Origin: Mobula hypostoma | Taxonomy: Eukaryota | Direction of reading: 5' to 3' | Length of the DNA: 64,000 nucleotides | Assembly: GCF_963921235.1 (NCBI RefSeq) | Contig: NC_086107.1 | Location: 99,510,001-99,574,000 of the forward strand | Shown here: piece after piece, positions 59,369 to 64,000 of the stretch | How the letters are laid out: the number at the start of each line of letters is the position of its first letter | Position numbering within the stretch: position 1 is the first letter of the stretch | Position numbers and translations under genes: made by a program | The notes under the pieces: generated by a model | Told to the model about the DNA's origin: nothing | The model's input: only the letters and a program-made list of their open reading frames with translations | The model's database searches: none

Positions 59369-61089
59369 TTGTCTTTAACTTGTAATTTGCTATGAATAAG
59401 GGTTATGCACCTCAAACCCTTTTTCTTATGTATATGATACACTTTAAGTCAAAGCCTACAAAAAAATGAAATGTTCCTATATATTTCATCCCTTTTTAAT
59501 AAAAGATACTTGGATATTTCTTTTATTTTGGTTGCAAATGAGTGTCTTATCAGTGTTGAAATCATCCTTTACTGTCTTGCTTACTAAATCTGTTAAGTTT
59601 GTTTGTAAATGTATGTTTCTATGCATATTACTTTGCCACCAATCTTCGTATTATCAGAAGATTTGGCCGTAAGTCTGAGGCAGTTAATGAATGAACCAGC
59701 AATGTGGAACAAACCTTGATTTCATTATCATGAAGTAATGGCTAAGGAAGCAGACAGCATCCATGCTGTAGTGTAGACAACTTCTAACTAAGATGGCAGC
59801 TACCTGAGATGGAAAATTGTAAATTGCCTTGGCATGTTCTTAGAAATTATGACAGTTCCATCAGGCCTAATTACTCCAATTTGTTTTCAAGCTTCAATAA
59901 GATGATGGAAGTGCTAATGGCATTGCAATCAAGTAGTATTTAATCTTCAGTGTGTGACACAGGATGGGCTTTGCCAGGTTATTTTAGCTCCAGATCTTAT
60001 CACAGCTTTGACACAAATCTGGAGTAAAGGTCTAAAACCCAGAGATGAGGTGAAAGTGATGTGTGATTGAATATGACATCAGGATGTAGTTAATGGGCAT
60101 TCAGGAAAATAGCTCATTGCTTAAAGTCCTGACTTTCACAAAGGAAAGTGACTGTGATTTTTATTCAACTCCCAGAATGTTGCCTAGAGGAACTCCTTCA
60201 GTAATGCCCAAGCCCAATTGTCTTTGGTCTCTTCATTTATTTCAAGATTAGAATATAGGATTTCTGCTGGAGATTGCTTAATACTCAGTTCTATCTATCA
60301 ATTCTTGAGCTACAAAGCTGTCCATGCCTGTCTGCATTAAGACCTAGATAACAATCGGGTAGTGAGTCACAACTGATGAGTAACATTTGTGCCATGTGTC
60401 GTGCTATGACAATCTCCAGTTGGACTAACCACACAACTTTGGCCTTTAAGGATATTTCCATTGCAGAACCCCCACTACCAGCACTGTCAACAGTCTGTTG
60501 TGACCCCTGACTAGAAGTTCAATCAGACCAGCCACATAAATACTGTGACTAAGGTGGATGACCAGAGACTACGTATCCTTAGTTAGTGATATCACCAATG
60601 GCATCCCAAAGTCCTTTCACTGTTTAGAAAACACAAGTCAGAAGTGTGACCTGGTTGAGAGCAGCTACAAAATATTCATGTTTCTTGGATTTCCCGCATC
60701 TGCAGATCTTCTTTTGTTTGTGAAACATTCATCACTGCTGGATTTACCTATTGTGGGCATACTTTTACCAAAGGAATGGAATATTAAAGACAATGGCTCA
60801 CTACCACCTTCTCAAGACTTGTAAGAGATGAACATTAAATGCTGGTCTTGGCAGCAATGTTCTCAGCCCAGAAAATGAATGAATGAAGATGAACCTGTTA
60901 TTCCTACTCTCCGACTATCCATGGTCCTTACCAGGTTGATGGTTTGTCTTCAGTTCATTAAGCTTTGATTTTAACTTCTGAAAGTTTATGTAAACTGGGT
61001 TCATCAGTGTCCCCTAGCTATAGTTGCCTCCTTAACTTAAATTGTGTGTATTAAGGGTAATTTAACATTACAAATAATGTTGCATTTCT

Positions 61090-61580
61090 GAAAATAGCTC
61101 GCTTGGATTATCGTCTACTATTCTGGTTGCTGCATTACAGGAAGGATGTAGAGATTTGGAGAGGGTGCAAAAGAGATTTGCAGGGATGTTGCCTGGATTA
61201 CAGAGTATATAGGGAGGTTGGACAAACTTGGGTTGCTTTCTCTGGAGCATTGGCAGCTGAGGGGCAACTGATGGAAGTTTTAGAATTCTGAAAGGCATGA
61301 ATGGGGAGGATGATCAGGTTTTTTCCCCAGGGTGGAGGTAACAGATACTTCCAGATGTGTCTTTGTGGTGGGAGTGGGAGGGTTTGGAAGAGTTTTGCTG
61401 ACCGGAAGTGGTAGGTGCCTGGGAATGCACTGCCAAGGGATATGTCAGAGGCAGATACAATGGCCTTTGGATTATTACATGAACAGATAGGGAATGGATG
61501 AATAGAGACCACGTGCAGGCAGATGGAAATGTGGGTAAATTCGTTAGTACCTAGCGCCTGTTCCTGTGTTGTATTGTTTC
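61090..61580 (+). mobile_element. Degenerate CR1 LINE 3' fragment
   Basis: LDY..LFW..HYRKDV..ERVQKRF-like remnant. Confidence 0.6.
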
Positions 61581-61769
61581 ATGTTTGGAGATTCTTCAAA
61601 TGTTGGTGTGTATTTTTCTCTTCTGACGATGATGTTCTTGCTTGTCTACAACTGAGAAATCTAGACAGTTCTGGAGTTCATATCAACTGTGATCTCTGGC
61701 CTTCAAAAGAATTAGTATGCATTCTTTGAAATGGGAAAAACATCCTTTTAGCCAACCTAATTAAAGTGA

Positions 61770-62542
61770 GTTACGGTTAATTGGACCATCAGTTAATCAG
61801 GGCAGCTACTTATTTGGAAAAATTCTTAAAGAACAAAAAAAATTGAGAAAATGGCCTAGAATGCTTTTATTTATTTGGGACAATATGCTGCTTAATTGGG
61901 ACAGGAGACTGTTGTTAAACAGTTTCTAACTAGCATCAGTTGCGTGCAGTTGTGTGACCACTACGCTGTGCTTAGAGCAAACTGTTTTTAAATAGCATCA
62001 GCTGTGTGTGTTTGTATTCAAAAAGCAGCAATTTTTGGCATTGATAGTTGGCAAGTAATGAGCAATAAGACAATTCCGGACTGTTTTAGTCACCGCTGTT
62101 TCAAGCATTCAGGATTGGAGATGTTGGAAACGTCTGGGAGTGAGAATGAAACAATTTCACTACTTCAAGTTAGGAGTTACAAAGAATTTCAAGGTATCTT
62201 GAATGTTACAATGAAAATGAAGATTTGGAGGATGTAATCAATGAAAGCATTGTATGAAGGTAGTCCATTATCTGCACTAGGTGTCTGCGTTGATTTTGCC
62301 CATTTAGTCAATAAAAGAATATGGCTTTGAGCACTGGATGAATTACTGGAACAGTTCTATAGTACTGGTAGTGTTCTAATTTGTTTTTATTTCATTTAAA
62401 TACATAATTTTTTAACTCAGTTAAACGGTAGTTTGTCTTTATTTTAATACCTTTTTAACTGTTTCCATTAAACATCAGCTAATTGGACAGACGCTAAAAT
62501 GTACTGGTCTGGATCTGTCCCATTTAACTTGAATCCACTGTA
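61770..62542. mobile_element. pogo/Tigger-like non-autonomous element
   Basis: Right end GAATCCACTG-TA; repeated TTAATTGG(G)AC subterminal motifs. Confidence 0.5.
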
Positions 62543-62819
62543 ATTACTGTACTCACATACAGACTCTTTAACTTTATGTACAAGAGGACCAGCATTCATT
62601 AATTTCATACTGTTTAAATATTCTGCATTTGTATTCCACCTATCAAAATGGATAATATTTTTCTACATTGTATTGCATTTCCAATCTTTTTCCCTCTCCT
62701 GCTTAATCTGCTTAAGTATCTTTTGCAGACATTTTGTGTCTATCTCACAACTTAATTTCTTATAACTCTTTGTTTTTCTATCACCAATTGATATTAAAAA
62801 TGTTTCATGCAGTATTCCT

Positions 62820-64000
62820 GGAAGATACTAGGAATAAGGTCCTAGGCTGTCCAACCTCCTCTTACAACTCAGTCCCTTGAGTCCTCCTAACCTTCTTGTA
62901 AATAATACCTGTACTCTTTCCAGTTGAATAACAGATTTCCTACAGCAGTGTGACCACACTGTACACAATACTCCTAAGTAAAGTCTCGCCAGCGTTCTAT
63001 ACAGCCTCACAATAACCTCCCAACTTTTACATTCAGTGCCCTGGCTTATGAAGGCTTACATGCCAAAAGCAGCCTTCGTCTCCCTTTCTACCCATGACTC
63101 CACTTTCAGTAAACTAAGTACTTGTGCTGCAAGATCCCTCTGTTGTACAGCACTCCCGAGATCCCTGTTATTCACTGTGAAAATCCTACCAGGATTTGAG
63201 TTTCCAAAACACAGCTGTATTTTGCCATTTCTTACTCAGCCGACTTTTTGATCTTCTTCATTGTCATCTGCCAATTTATTAACTATGTCTCATCACAAAC
63301 AAGAGGAAATCTGCAGATGCTGGAAATTCAAGCAACACACACAAAATGCTGGAGGAACTCAGCAGGCCAGGCAGCATCTATAGAAAAAAAGTACAGTCAA
63401 CATTTTGGGCTGAAATCCTGTGTCTTGTACATTGTTACCCAACAATGGACCCAGTGCCAATCCCTGAGTTACACTACTAGTCATGGGCCTCCAGACTGAA
63501 AAACAATCTTCCACCATCACCTTCTGCTTCTACTATCAAGCCAGTTGTGTTTCCAGTTAAGCAGCTCTCCCTAGATTACATGTGATCTAACTTTCCTAGA
63601 GTAGTCTACCAGTGGAACCTTGTATAAGGCCTTACTGAAGTCTATATAAACATAAAATGTAGCACGGATAAGCCATCTGACCCGCTGAACCTGCTTAACA
63701 TTCAGTAAGATCATGGCCGATCAGGCCTTGGATTTAGTTCCACCTGCCTGCCTTTTCCCCATAACCCTTAATTTCCCTACAATGTAATAATCTGTCAAAT
63801 TGTGTCTTAAATATATTTAAGAAGGTAGCTTCTTCCTGCTTCCCTGGGCAGAGAATTTCACTGTTTCACATCTCTCTGAGGAAAGCATTTTTTCCTCATC
63901 TATGTCCTAAGAAACATGCATCTTACCTGTCTTTTTCATTATTTAGGGCATCCTCTCATTCATCTGAATTCTTAGGCGACTTAGTCTCTCCTCATATCTC
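62820..64000 (-). mobile_element. Degenerate CR1 LINE fragments
   Basis: LYRTLAR...LERVQ..FTRRL motif in ORF 62828..63010 and CR1 3' UTR near 63660-64000. Confidence 0.6.
63296..63419 (-). mobile_element. Penelope pLTR fragment nested in CR1
   Basis: aaatctgcagatgctggaaattcaagcaacac... terminus shared with the other copies. Confidence 0.7.

Noticed and set aside
1-64000. CRISPR arrays, operons, rRNA or prokaryotic defence systems
   Set aside because: The window is intron-rich vertebrate DNA; no regularly spaced repeat-spacer array or rRNA-like sequence was seen.

Overview
This is eukaryotic, vertebrate DNA, most likely from a cartilaginous fish (ray/shark-like, inferred from the HE1-like tRNA SINEs, CR1, Rex1 and Penelope repeat content). 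Two spliced + strand genes are partly present. The last five coding exons of DEAD-box helicase DDX59 lie at 2772-14475, and motif II reads DEVD. A CpG-rich promoter and the first three coding exons of the U1-snRNP factor LUC7L2 lie at 34347-58556, and the gene runs off the window. The rest is mostly repeats. Two things stand out. (1) A repeat-poor ~8-9 kb part of LUC7L2 intron 1 holds at least three candidate poison exons (46582-46652, 48136-48195, 51273-51344). All end in donors lacking -1G but with perfect GTRAGT, the donor class LUC7L/LUC7L2 are reported to promote, which suggests a multi-exon autoregulatory sensor. One of them has a stop-restart ATG that could swap the N-terminus. (2) A young Neptune-type Penelope-like retroelement family carries minimal hammerhead ribozymes. 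Its insertions repeatedly form two oppositely oriented arms with both 3' ends outward and 13-15 bp target-site duplications, pointing to dual priming on the RNA. Also present are a Chapaev3-like DNA transposon with nested insertions, a tail-swapping tRNA SINE and a YY1-headed non-autonomous element. Repeat boundaries are approximate; exon, TSD and ribozyme coordinates were read directly from the sequence.
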